Positions 7,959-16,418 of a stretch of DNA of 21,977 nucleotides are shown piece by piece (positions within the stretch are counted from its first letter, which is position 1; each line of letters starts with the position of its first letter). This DNA comes from Abditibacteriaceae bacterium (GTDB lineage Bacteria; Armatimonadota; Abditibacteriia; Abditibacteriales; Abditibacteriaceae), in NCBI GenBank assembly GCA_031425655.1, contig JANPJS010000041.1, positions 1 to 21,977 of the forward strand. Direction: 5' to 3'. Made by a program: the position numbers and the translations under genes. The notes beneath the pieces were generated by a model, which saw nothing but the letters and a program-made list of their open reading frames with translations, was not told the DNA's origin and made no database searches.

Positions 7959-10900
7959 ATGATGAAACGCGCTCTTCATACTGCTTGCTTTTCTGCTTGG
8001 ATGGGCATTTGTGCATTGACGTCAATGGCGCAGGCAGCGCCATCACTGGCGCGGCCCGCTCCAGCTATTTTCAAGCAAAACACTAAGCTGCAATATAACC
8101 GCGATGTGAGGCCGATTCTTTCGGAAAACTGCTTCGCGTGCCATGGCTTCGACAAAAACCAGCGCAAGGCCGACTTGCGCCTTGATGTGCGCGAGGATGC
8201 ACTGGCGGCCAAAGCTTTCGTGCCGGGACAGCCCGATGCCAGCGAACTGCTCAAGCGCATTTTTAGCGACAAAGCCGAGGAGTTAATGCCCCCGGCGGAT
8301 TCACATAAATCCTTGACGGCTGAGCAAAAGCAAATTCTTAAACGCTGGATCGCCGAGGGCGCCGAATACGAGCCGCACTGGGCGTTTATCGCGCCGATGA
8401 AAGCGCCCGTGCCAAAAGTCAAAAATGCGAAGCTGGCGCGCAACATAATTGATAGTTTCATTCTGGCGCGACTGGAAAAAAGCGGACTGCAATTCGCCGC
8501 CGAAACTTCCAAAGAAGTGCTTTTGCGCCGCGTAACATTCGATCTGACCGGATTACCCCCGACACCCTTGGAAGTAGATGCGTTTCTGGCGGACAAAGCG
8601 CCCAATGCCTACGACAAAGTCGTTGACCGTTTGCTCGCTTCGCCGCGTTATGGGGAGCACATGGCGCTTTACTGGCTGGACGCGGTGCGCTATGCCGACA
8701 CGCACGGTTTGCACTTCGACAACGAGCGTCATATTTGGCCGTATCGCGATTGGGTAGTCAAGGCCTTTAACGACAACAAGTCCTTTGACCAGTTCACCAT
8801 CGAGCAACTGGCGGGCGACCTCTTGCCGAATGCGACACGCGACCAAAAAGTGGCTACGGGCTACAATCGCTGCGTGCCCACTTCCAACGAAGGCGGCTCA
8901 ATTGCCGAAGAGTTGCTTTATCGTTACAGCGTTGACCGCACCGAAACAACGGCTTCTGTATTTCTTGGTTTGACGGCGGGCTGCGCGGCCTGTCACGATC
9001 ACAAATTCGATCCGGTTTCGCAAAAAGACTTTTACCAACTCTACGCGTTTTTTAATTCCGGGACCGACCCGGCCCTGGATGGCAATCAGCCACGCACGCC
9101 CCCCATTCTCAAGCTTTCAACGCCTGAACAAGAAGCGCAACTGACCGCATGGGATGGCCAGATTGGGGACACGCGCGCGAAAATTAAAGAGGCCGTGGCG
9201 AAGCTGGATTACCAAGACCCGGCCCTGCAAACGCCGCCGCCCGCTGAACAAAAAGTGGAAACGGTATGGGTGGAGGATGCTTTTCCCGATAGCGAAGCCT
9301 TCTTTGCTAACGGTCATCCGCAAACCTTTATCGGCAAGGAAAACGGCCCCGTTTTCTCCGGCGAACGTTCACTCAAACGCACCGATGCCGGACTATCTCA
9401 GGATGTCTTTGAACGGTTGAAAACGCCCTTTACCGTTCCGGCGAACGGAACACTTTTTGCCTATGTTTATCTCGACCCAAAAAATTTGCCCAGGTCGGTA
9501 ATGTTGCAATGGAATACCGGAAGTTGGAGCCATCGCGCTAATTGGGGCGATGCGGACGCGATTCCCTACGGGCAAAAGAACACCGTCGAAAAAATCCAGA
9601 TGGGCGAACTGCCCAAAAGCGGCGAATGGGTGCGCCTTGAAGTGCCCGTAGAAAAGTTGAAACTGGCCTCCGGTGTCAAGTTTCAGGGCATGGCCTTCAC
9701 ACAGTTTGGCGGCACGGTTTATTGGGACAAAGCCGGTGTGGTTTACGATGCCAACCCGGCCAGCGACCCTGCTTTATCCCTTACGGCCTGGACGAACAAA
9801 TTAGGCGCCAAAGACCCCGGCAACACTTTCCCTCAGGATGTGCGCGACATCTTCAAAAAGAAGCCCGAAGAGCGCAACGACAGCCAAAAAACGCGCTTGC
9901 GCGAGTATTATCTGAGCGAGATTTTTTCCGGCGCGCGGGAGACTATTACGCCTCTCAAAAACCTCGCTGTCGATCTGGAAGCCAAGAAGAAAAAACTGGA
10001 TGGCGAAATCGCCGCGACCATGATTTGGGCCGATATGCCAGAGCCGCGTAAAGCGTTTGTGATGTTGCGCGGCCAATATGATAAGCCCGGCGAAGAAGTG
10101 CAACCGGGCACGCCCGCGTTTTTGCCCGCCCTCAAAAAGCAAACCACCGATGGCCGAGCCACACGCCTCGATCTGGCGCGCTGGATGGTAGAGCCGCAGC
10201 AGCCGCTTACGGCGCGGGTTTTCGTCAATCGCCTCTGGCAACAGGCTTTTGGCACTGGTTTTGTCCAAACATCCGCCGATTTCGGCGCGCAGGGGCAGGC
10301 GCCTTCGCATCCCGAACTGCTCGACTGGTTGGCGGTGGATTTCCGCGAAGGCGGCTGGGATATTAAGCGCCTGATGAAGCTTATCGTCAGCAGCGCGGCC
10401 TATCGGCAGGACTCGAAACTAACACCGCGATTGCGCGATCTCGACCCCGAAAATCGCCTGTTGGCGCGCGGGCCGCGTTTGCGTCTGGATGCCGAAGCAA
10501 TCCGCGACAACGCCCTGTTTGCCGGCGGTCTGATAAACCTGACGATGGGCGGGCGCGGTGTGCGGCCTTATCAGCCGATCAACGTCTGGGAGCCGCTCGC
10601 TTATCCCGGCTCTGACACGGACAAATACGTCCCCGACAAAGGCAGCGGCCTTTACCGGCGCAGTCTTTACACCTTCTGGAAACGCACTGCGCCGCAACCG
10701 GCGATTGTCGCTTTCGACGCGCCCACGCGGGAATTTTTCTGCACGCGCCGCGAACGCAGCAACACACCGATGCAAGCCTTAGTTTTGATGAACGATGTGC
10801 AGCACTTTGAAGCCGCGCGCGGATTAGCCACGCGCATTATCAAAGAAGGCGGCAAAAGCGACGATGAACGCTTGGTTTTTGGTTTTCGCACCGCTACGGC

Positions 10901-11111
10901 GCGGCGCCCAACGGCAAAGGAATTGGAGATTCTGCGCGGCGCCTTAGCCAAGCAGTTGGCACGCTATAAAGCCAACCCCGACGCGGCAAAAAAGGCGCTG
11001 GCGGTCGGGGAATCGAAAGCCGCCGAAGGCATCGAACCATCGGAATACGCAGCGTGGACAATGGTTGCCAACCTGATTTTAAATCTGGATGAGACGATAA
11101 CCAAAAATTAG
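7959..11111 (+). CDS. PSD1/planctomycete cytochrome c protein (PSCyt1 + DUF1549 + DUF1553), second paralogue
   Basis: YNRDVRPILSENCFACHG, LLRRVTFDLTGLPPT, YGEHMALYWLDAVRYADT, CAACHDHKFDP, PSHPELLDWLA, RLDAEAIRD, LNLDETITKN; signal peptide. Confidence 0.93.
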   Translation: MMKRALHTACFSAWMGICALTSMAQAAPSLARPAPAIFKQNTKLQYNRDVRPILSENCFACHGFDKNQRKADLRLDVREDALAAKAFVPGQPDASELLKRIFSDKAEELMPPADSHKSLTAEQKQILKRWIAEGAEYEPHWAFIAPMKAPVPKVKNAKLARNIIDSFILARLEKSGLQFAAETSKEVLLRRVTFDLTGLPPTPLEVDAFLADKAPNAYDKVVDRLLASPRYGEHMALYWLDAVRYADTHGLHFDNERHIWPYRDWVVKAFNDNKSFDQFTIEQLAGDLLPNATRDQKVATGYNRCVPTSNEGGSIAEELLYRYSVDRTETTASVFLGLTAGCAACHDHKFDPVSQKDFYQLYAFFNSGTDPALDGNQPRTPPILKLSTPEQEAQLTAWDGQIGDTRAKIKEAVAKLDYQDPALQTPPPAEQKVETVWVEDAFPDSEAFFANGHPQTFIGKENGPVFSGERSLKRTDAGLSQDVFERLKTPFTVPANGTLFAYVYLDPKNLPRSVMLQWNTGSWSHRANWGDADAIPYGQKNTVEKIQMGELPKSGEWVRLEVPVEKLKLASGVKFQGMAFTQFGGTVYWDKAGVVYDANPASDPALSLTAWTNKLGAKDPGNTFPQDVRDIFKKKPEERNDSQKTRLREYYLSEIFSGARETITPLKNLAVDLEAKKKKLDGEIAATMIWADMPEPRKAFVMLRGQYDKPGEEVQPGTPAFLPALKKQTTDGRATRLDLARWMVEPQQPLTARVFVNRLWQQAFGTGFVQTSADFGAQGQAPSHPELLDWLAVDFREGGWDIKRLMKLIVSSAAYRQDSKLTPRLRDLDPENRLLARGPRLRLDAEAIRDNALFAGGLINLTMGGRGVRPYQPINVWEPLAYPGSDTDKYVPDKGSGLYRRSLYTFWKRTAPQPAIVAFDAPTREFFCTRRERSNTPMQALVLMNDVQHFEAARGLATRIIKEGGKSDDERLVFGFRTATARRPTAKELEILRGALAKQLARYKANPDAAKKALAVGESKAAEGIEPSEYAAWTMVANLILNLDETITKN

Positions 11112-11132
11112 TTGTCAGTGTTGAGGAACACC

Positions 11133-12611
11133 ATGAACCCATTCGACGAATACAACGCGCAACAATCGCGGCGGCAGTTTTTGCAGGGGCTGGGCATTGG
11201 CGCGGGAGCCTTAGCACTGAATCAGTTGCTGGGCCAGGCCGCAACACAAAATGCCGGCGGCGCAAAGAACTATGGCTCGGTTGTGCATCCAGCTTTACCA
11301 GATTTGCCGCACTTTGCGCCAAAAGCCAAGCGCCTTATTTATTTGCAGATGAACGGCGCGCCCTCGCAGCTTGACACCTTCGACTGGAAGCCTGGCCTCA
11401 AAGCGCACTTCAACAAAGACTTGCCGGAATCCATCCGCAATGGCCAGCGCCTCAGCACCATGACCAGCGGGCAGACGCGTTTTCCCGTCGCACCGACGAT
11501 TTTTAAGTTCGCGCAGCATGGCCGGGCCGGAACATGGGTCAGCGACTTGTTGCCCAATATCGCCGGTGTTGTGGACGACATCAGCGTGGTTAAAACCGTT
11601 TATACCGAAGCCATCAACCACGACCCCGCCACGACGTTTTTGATGACCGGCAACGAACTGCCCGGCAAGGCCAGCCTCGGTTCGTGGCTTAGTTATGGGC
11701 TGGGCAGCGTGAGTCAGGATTTACCGGCTTTTGTGGTTCTCACACCCAAGTGGTCGGCGCGCAGCAGCGTGCAAGCGCTGTTTCATCGCTTGTGGGATGC
11801 CGGTTATCTGCCCTCCAAATACTCTGGCGTCGCGCTGCGCGGCGCGGGCGATCCGGTGCTTTATATCAAAGACCCGGACGGCGTAGATCGCGCCACGCGC
11901 CGCGCCATGTTAGACGATTTAAACAAGCTCAACGAAGAATCTTATGCGCGTTACAGCGACCCCGAAACACAAACGCGCATCGCCCAGTATGAAATGGCGT
12001 TTCGTATGCAGGCCAGCGTGCCCGAACTGGTGGATTTTTCAAAGGAATCGAAGAGCACGCTGGAAATGTATGGGCCTGATGTCAACACGCCCGGCACTTT
12101 TGCGGCCAGTGCGCTTTTAGCGCGGCGTCTTATCGAACGCGGCGTGCGGGTCGTGCAGCTTTTTCATCGCGGCTGGGATCAACACGGCAACTTGCCCAAC
12201 GAAATCAAGGCGCAGTGCGGCGATGTAGATCAACCGTGCGCGGCCTTGATAAAAGATTTGAAACAGCGCGGTTTGCTGGAAGATACCCTTGTGGTCTGGG
12301 GCGGCGAATTCGGTCGCACCGTTTATTCACAAGGCACATTAACCGAAACGACTTACGGACGCGACCATCATCCGCGCAACTTCTGCATGTGGATGGCTGG
12401 CGGCGGCGTGAAACCGGGTCTAACCTACGGCGAAACCGACGACTTTTCTTACAACGTGGTCAAAGACCCGGTTCATATCCGTGATTTGAACGCCACCATT
12501 ATGCACTGCATGGGTATTGATCATGAAAGGCTTAGTTTCAAGTCGCAGGGACTCGACCAGAAATTAACCGGCGTTGTCAAAGCCGAGCCGGTCAAGGGCA
12601 TTTTGCTGTAA
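11133..12611 (+). CDS. DUF1501 family protein (sulfatase-like), Tat signal, second paralogue
   Basis: [69 protein letters not shown] precedes ATG 11133. Confidence 0.93.
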   Translation: MNPFDEYNAQQSRRQFLQGLGIGAGALALNQLLGQAATQNAGGAKNYGSVVHPALPDLPHFAPKAKRLIYLQMNGAPSQLDTFDWKPGLKAHFNKDLPESIRNGQRLSTMTSGQTRFPVAPTIFKFAQHGRAGTWVSDLLPNIAGVVDDISVVKTVYTEAINHDPATTFLMTGNELPGKASLGSWLSYGLGSVSQDLPAFVVLTPKWSARSSVQALFHRLWDAGYLPSKYSGVALRGAGDPVLYIKDPDGVDRATRRAMLDDLNKLNEESYARYSDPETQTRIAQYEMAFRMQASVPELVDFSKESKSTLEMYGPDVNTPGTFAASALLARRLIERGVRVVQLFHRGWDQHGNLPNEIKAQCGDVDQPCAALIKDLKQRGLLEDTLVVWGGEFGRTVYSQGTLTETTYGRDHHPRNFCMWMAGGGVKPGLTYGETDDFSYNVVKDPVHIRDLNATIMHCMGIDHERLSFKSQGLDQKLTGVVKAEPVKGILL

Positions 12612-12643
12612 AGCACTTTGATGTAGGGGGTTTTGACTATACT

Positions 12644-12679
12644 ATTGCGAAGTCACCCCGGCGTTGTGGGGATTGAAAC
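12644..12679 (+). CRISPR. Solitary CRISPR-like repeat (not an array)
   Basis: 36-nt ATTGCGAAGTCACCCCGGCGTTGTGGGGATTGAAAC has a CCCC/GGGG hairpin directly before the canonical ATTGAAAC 3' handle. It is followed by 33 nt and then ATTG. No second full copy and no cas genes were seen. Confidence 0.4.
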
Positions 12680-12754
12680 GACGAGCAGGCTCGCCATGTC
12701 GGCGACCAGCAGATTGTCTATGCTGACAGAAAGGAACCGGGATATTCCCTCGAC

Positions 12755-13225
12755 ATGATCCGCCGATTTCTATTCATTCCGACGTTGTTTGCTACTCTGG
12801 TTTTCACATCCTTGGGTTTCGCCCAAGGCGACCCCGGTATGGAGGAGAAGTTCATCGCGATGGTGAAGGACTCCACGCTCAAGGGCACCTGGGCACCCGT
12901 CATGGGCGGGCAACTGGGTGCCGAGAAGAAGGATGAAAGCTATCGCATCGCGCGCGCGGAGAAGAAGGATGGCGATAAATGGGCCATCGTCACGCTCTTT
13001 GAATTCAACGGCCAGAAGATCGAGTTTCCCATCCAGGCGAGCGTGAAGTTCGCCGGCGACACGGCAGTCCTTATCTTAGACGACGTCCCCGCTGGCCCCG
13101 GCAAGGCCAAATGGTCGGCTCGTGTCATGTTCCATGACGATGTTTATACTGGCCGCTGGTGGGAGGCTGCCAACCGTGAGCACGGTGGAACGATCGCGGG
13201 CACTGTCACGCGCCAGCAGAAGTAA
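12755..13225 (+). CDS. Secreted hypothetical protein, beta-rich
   Basis: 156-aa ORF with signal peptide (MIRRFLFIPTLFATLVFTSLGFA-Q), coding-like codon bias and amphipathic beta-strand pattern. Confidence 0.8.
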   Translation: MIRRFLFIPTLFATLVFTSLGFAQGDPGMEEKFIAMVKDSTLKGTWAPVMGGQLGAEKKDESYRIARAEKKDGDKWAIVTLFEFNGQKIEFPIQASVKFAGDTAVLILDDVPAGPGKAKWSARVMFHDDVYTGRWWEAANREHGGTIAGTVTRQQK

Positions 13226-13237
13226 CCAAACCGAATG

Positions 13238-13339
13238 GATTAACCACAGATAGCACAGAGAAGATGAAGTCGCGCACGAGATTGTTCTGCCCCTTGCACG
13301 GTCTCGCAATTTTTCTCTTTTTGCTCTCCATGGTTAATC
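13238..13339. repeat. Degenerate REP-like palindrome
   Basis: GATTAACCA (13238-13246) pairs with TGGTTAATC (13331-13339); the imperfect stem continues (CAGATAGCACAGAGAAGA / TCTTTTTTGCTCTCCA). Confidence 0.55.
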
Positions 13340-13345
13340 TCTAAT

Positions 13346-13560
13346 GTTACGCAGTGGGATGTGTCAGGCAGGCAAATTCAAGGAGCGCTGTCATTCTGAG
13401 CTTGCGAAGAATCCATTCTGCGGTCTGCTTGGTAAGAGCAATGGGGCGCAAAATAGATTCTTCCGGGTGCCCTCTGGGCAGGGCTCAGAATGACAAAATT
13501 CCTTTGCCTTTCCGTGATTCTCAGGCTAATGACAGCGCCTGTCACAACCCAACTGCGTAA
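13346..13560. mobile_element. MITE-like element A (about 215 bp) with internal palindromic doublet
   Basis: Imperfect TIRs TTACGCAGTGGGATGTGTCAGGC (13347-13369) and GCCTGTCACAACCCAACTGCGTAA (13537-13560). Flanking direct repeat GGTTAATCTCTAAT at 13332-13345 and 13561-13574. Internal TGTCATTCTGAGC..GAAGAATC / GATTCTTC..GCTCAGAATGACA spans 13389-13495. Confidence 0.78.
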
Positions 13561-13586
13561 GGTTAATCTCTAATTGAAATGTCCTT

Positions 13587-13883
13587 TGTTCTAACCGCGT
13601 AGCTGGATAGGGTGAGAAATCTTGGACTGCGCGCTTTGCAGATGGAACACAAGAAAAATTAGCAACCTATCCAGCTATGCGGCAGGGCAATCGCATGAGG
13701 ATTTTTCGGAGGCTTGCCTGAGTGCCTGGCGAATAAATTCGCGGCAACAAAGCGGCAAAGTCGCCCTGCGGCGACTAAAAACTCAGAAAATAGTCCGCGC
13801 AGGCGGACTTTGCCGAGTGGTTGCCGCGAATTTATTCGCCGGGCAGTTCTCATGCGATTGCCCTGAGCTATGCGGTTAGAACA
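13587..13883. mobile_element. Small inverted-repeat element B, right arm interrupted by element C
   Basis: Left arm TGTTCTAACCGCGTAGCTGGATAGGGTG (13587-13614). Removing 13683-13875 rebuilds the right arm CAACCTATCCAGCTATGCGGTTAGAACA, which is complementary at 26/28. Confidence 0.72.
13683..13865. mobile_element. MITE C (183 bp), ISAs1-family-like ends, 10-bp target duplication, REP-doublet cargo
   Basis: Perfect 17-bp TIR CAGGGCAATCGCATGAG / CTCATGCGATTGCCCTG. AGCTATGCGG is duplicated at 13673-13682 and 13866-13875. Internal perfect 21-bp IR at 13728-13748/13820-13840. CAGGG ends with a 10-bp DR fit the ISAs1 family. Confidence 0.88.
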
Positions 13884-13911
13884 CTACCTGCTAAAAATCC
13901 TTTGTGGCCCA

Positions 13912-13936
13912 GAAAAATCCTAATGCGATTGCCCTG
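13912..13936 (-). repeat. Solo copy of the MITE C left end
   Basis: GAAAAATCCTAATGCGATTGCCCTG is the reverse complement of 13683-13707 at 24/25 positions. Confidence 0.8.
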
Positions 13937-14246
13937 GATTTTCAGAAACTATTATGCGCGCTGGTTTCTACGCGCTTTTTTGGTCGGCCTTATAGTGCCG
14001 CCTATTTTTTTCGTTGGCTCGACTCTATTTAAGCATTTGTCCACTGTCGGTGAATTGCAAGCGCAAGGTTTGCCTGTTGTTTTCGTCACGAATTCCTTTG
14101 TAGATATTACAAACTCCTCAGGCAAAGTCATTGCTTCTGGCAACGTTGCATTAGTAATTGTGGCTGCCTTATGCGGCTTATGTTCAGGATTTTTCGGGTT
14201 GGGCGTTGCCGGTTTGAATCGCCTGATTCGTAAAGCATCGCGTTAA
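13923..14246 (+). CDS. Small membrane protein (2 predicted TM helices), probable integron cassette ORF, possibly 5'-truncated
   Basis: Hydrophobic segments WFLRAFLVGLIVPPIFFVGSTLF and VALVIVAALCGLCSGFFGLGVAGL. More AT-rich than the flanking large genes. The stop lies 35 bp before an attC. The ATG lies inside the solo TIR. Confidence 0.6.
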   Translation: MRLPWIFRNYYARWFLRAFLVGLIVPPIFFVGSTLFKHLSTVGELQAQGLPVVFVTNSFVDITNSSGKVIASGNVALVIVAALCGLCSGFFGLGVAGLNRLIRKASR

Positions 14247-14281
14247 GCAGCACAAGTCGTAACCGCAAAGTATCAACTGCA

Positions 14282-14370
14282 ACGCAACAAGGTGCTGCAC
14301 CCGACCGCCTACAACTCCGTTCGTTCCTCCTCGCTGCGCTTCCGGCGGCGGGTGGGGTTGGTCGTTAGCC
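14282..14370 (+). repeat. Integron attC site 1
   Basis: R'' ACGCAAC, 5-nt spacer AAGGT, L'' GCTGCAC, stem CCGACCGCC../..GGCGGCGGGTG, R' GTTAGCC; 89 bp; homologous to attC2 and attC3. Confidence 0.8.
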
Positions 14371-14425
14371 CAATTGTGTGCAAATTGGCTACAACTTGCG
14401 GGTGTAGTAAACTTGAAAACCCTCT

Positions 14426-15622
14426 ATGAGCGCCGATACAGAAAACACACAAACACAACTCACTGCGCTGGCCGATCACTTGTCGCAGGTTCACAACGAC
14501 ATTTTGGATGAGTGGCGTGCGCTGGCAGAAAGCGATCCCACATTGGCGCCTTCTTCACATCTCACGCGGACACAATTCATTGACCATATTCCGCATATTC
14601 TTAGGGCTTTGGGCACCCGACTCTGTTCGTGGCCTGATGATAACACGCCGGAGCAGCGCGAACTCGAACTTGAGGCTTCCAAGTCACATTCGCACCATCG
14701 TTGGCAGATGGGCTACAATATGCGCTCTCTGGTTCGGGATTGGGGGCACTTGAACGTTTGTTTCCTACAGCAACTGGATAGTTATGGAAGAAGCCATGCC
14801 GACTTGCAAATGGTTGTTTTGCCCGAAGCACGTCAGATATGGGCCAAACTCATCAATGACAGCATTGCACAGAGCACTGTTGAATATCACGATTTATTAC
14901 AAGTCGAATCCACCACGCGGTTGCACGATTTGGACCTCATATTAAAGAACCTGCAAGAGATGGAACTGCTGCGTGGGCACGACCTCCGCATTGCGACGCA
15001 CGACCTGAAAGGCGGTGTGACTATTTTAATGGGCACCACCGATTTGATAGGTAGTGATCGGGTAAGCCAGGCCGAGCGCATCCAAATGTGCCGGATGTTA
15101 AATCGAGGAGTTGCCACACTTCATCAAATGTTGGAAGAGTTGATGGATATGGCACGACTTGAAGCGGCGCAAGACCCGCGTCGTATCGCGCCGTTTGATG
15201 TCGGGCAAGTTTTCACTGAATTGTGTGAGACGTCACAACCATTAGCTGAGGCGCGCGGTTTATTTCTCAAGGCAGACGGGCCATCTAAATTTGTTATTGA
15301 AGGCGATTTTATAAAAACGCGGCGCATTGCTCAAAACTTGTTGCTCAATGCAATCAAATACACGAATGAAGGTGGCGTTTCGGTGACGTGGAAAGAGCAT
15401 GAGGGCGACCAATTGCTGCTTTGCGTGCAGGACTCAGGCCCCGGCTTAGAACGGAGCGCAACCGCCCTGCCCGGCAAAAATCAAGGCGAGGGTGTTGGCT
15501 TATCCATCGTTAAGCGGTTGTGTGAGTTGCTGGACGCCAAGATCAAAGTTGAAAGCAAAGCGGGCATCGGCACTACCTTTCAAGTCCTCTTCCCTACAGA
15601 AATCAAGAACGCTTCCGCATAA
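14426..15622 (+). CDS. Soluble sensor histidine kinase (RsbRD-N-like helical N-domain + HisKA + HATPase_c)
   Basis: H-box ATHDLKGGV, N-box NLLLNAIKYT, G1 DSGPGL, G2 GEGVGLSIVKRL, GIGTTF. No TM segments. The identity of the N-terminal domain is inferred. Confidence 0.9.
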   Translation: MSADTENTQTQLTALADHLSQVHNDILDEWRALAESDPTLAPSSHLTRTQFIDHIPHILRALGTRLCSWPDDNTPEQRELELEASKSHSHHRWQMGYNMRSLVRDWGHLNVCFLQQLDSYGRSHADLQMVVLPEARQIWAKLINDSIAQSTVEYHDLLQVESTTRLHDLDLILKNLQEMELLRGHDLRIATHDLKGGVTILMGTTDLIGSDRVSQAERIQMCRMLNRGVATLHQMLEELMDMARLEAAQDPRRIAPFDVGQVFTELCETSQPLAEARGLFLKADGPSKFVIEGDFIKTRRIAQNLLLNAIKYTNEGGVSVTWKEHEGDQLLLCVQDSGPGLERSATALPGKNQGEGVGLSIVKRLCELLDAKIKVESKAGIGTTFQVLFPTEIKNASA

Positions 15623-15638
15623 GAGGCAACGAACAAAC

Positions 15639-15720
15639 AGTTTGCAAGGCGCTGCAACCGACCGCCGGCAGCTTCTTTTTTCGCTACGCTTCCGGCGGAG
15701 GGTGAGCTTAATCGTTAAGC
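15639..15720 (+). repeat. Integron attC site 2 (R'' box degenerate)
   Basis: CAAGGCGCTGCAACCGACCGCC..GCTTCCGGCGGAGGGTGAGCTTAATC-GTTAAGC. The R'' position reads AGTTTGC and lacks AAC. Confidence 0.75.
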
Positions 15721-16056
15721 CGGTGCGCGCAGCTTGGCAGGAACTGCGGCGTCGGAAATCGTGTCGCCGATGTCTTGAGGTGTTGCACCCGTCGCCAGGA
15801 TCGCGCGCAGAAGCAATTCGATAGAAACCGAACGGTCTCCGTTCTCGGCTTTGGCAATGCGTGGCTGGCTGGAGTGAATCTTGGCTGCCAGTTCCGCTTG
15901 CGTCATTTGCTCTTGCCGGCGTTGGCGCAACTTGCGACTCAGCGCCAGCTTAATCTCAACCAAAGCTGATTCCTCTGGTGTCAATTCCAGAAATTCGGCT
16001 ACAGTTCCCACTTTCCAACCTTTGGCTTCCAACCGCTCACGCTTTGCTTTGTCCAT
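15715..16056 (-). CDS. Xre/HTH antitoxin (HigA-like)
   Basis: MDKAKRERLEAKGWKVG..FLELT N-terminus; HTH MTQAELAAKIHSSQPRIAKAENG..SIELL. AGGAG RBS precedes ATG 16056. Lies downstream of the toxin. Confidence 0.9.
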   Translation of the reverse strand: MDKAKRERLEAKGWKVGTVAEFLELTPEESALVEIKLALSRKLRQRRQEQMTQAELAAKIHSSQPRIAKAENGDRSVSIELLLRAILATGATPQDIGDTISDAAVPAKLRAPA

Positions 16057-16066
16057 TGTTTTGCTC

Positions 16067-16402
16067 CTAATTGTCGCTGTCAAACTTGTTCAATCGTCGT
16101 TGGCAATTCTCAATTACGCTTTTGGGCGTTTCTCTTGTCGTTTTGTTGAACACTTCCGCCACAACAATGGCGTCATCGTCAATTCGATACACGATTCGCC
16201 AGTTCTTGTTTTCGTCGCGCACTCGCAGTTCATGGCAATGCGTTCCAATACCGGGCATCGGGCGCGATTGAGGCAAACCTATGTTCTCGCCTTGCTGCAA
16301 ACGTCGTAATAACAATCCCGTTTCTAAACGCGCAGTTTGCGTAAATGGTGGCGTTTTCACTTCACCATGCAGCCAAACAACAGGCTTGTCCTCTTCATTC
16401 AT
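16067..16402 (-). CDS. Type II toxin, RelE/ParE superfamily (Gp49-like, HigB-type gene order)
   Basis: KPVVWLHGEVKTPPF, PQSRPMPGIG..CHELRVRD..WRIVYRID..VFNKTTRETP. Start at 16402 is preferred because the ATG at 16411 overlaps the -10 box. Confidence 0.9.
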   Translation of the reverse strand: MNEEDKPVVWLHGEVKTPPFTQTARLETGLLLRRLQQGENIGLPQSRPMPGIGTHCHELRVRDENKNWRIVYRIDDDAIVVAEVFNKTTRETPKSVIENCQRRLNKFDSDN

Positions 16403-16409
16403 ATGCGCC

Positions 16410-16418
16410 ATTATATCA
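16410..16418 (-). promoter_or_regulatory. Extended -10 promoter for the TA operon (probably leaderless transcript)
   Basis: The minus strand reads TG-A-TATAAT-GGCGCAT-ATG(16402): a perfect TGnTATAAT 7 nt before the start codon, with no SD. Confidence 0.6.

Noticed and set aside
682..12484. Many antisense or alternate-frame ORFs (e.g. 1164-1934 minus, 3103-3798 plus, 5448-6347 plus, 7976-8605 minus)
   Set aside because: Shadow ORFs of GC-rich genes that have clear family motifs; no independent motifs or RBS.
3124..12611. Calling the DUF1501 genes sulfatases, or the two operons a recent inverted duplication
   Set aside because: No (C/S)xPxR formylglycine motif was seen, and the paralogues are strongly diverged with different central domains.
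13589..13882. Element B as an attC site (TTCTAAC...GTTAGAA)
   Set aside because: It has AAC/GTT triplets, but the arms pair without extrahelical bases and it shares no sequence with the three attC sites; better explained as a TIR element.
13354..13922. Short ORFs 13354-13560, 13622-13879, 13659-13853 and the 13821 start
   Set aside because: They lie within the palindromic MITE/REP elements.
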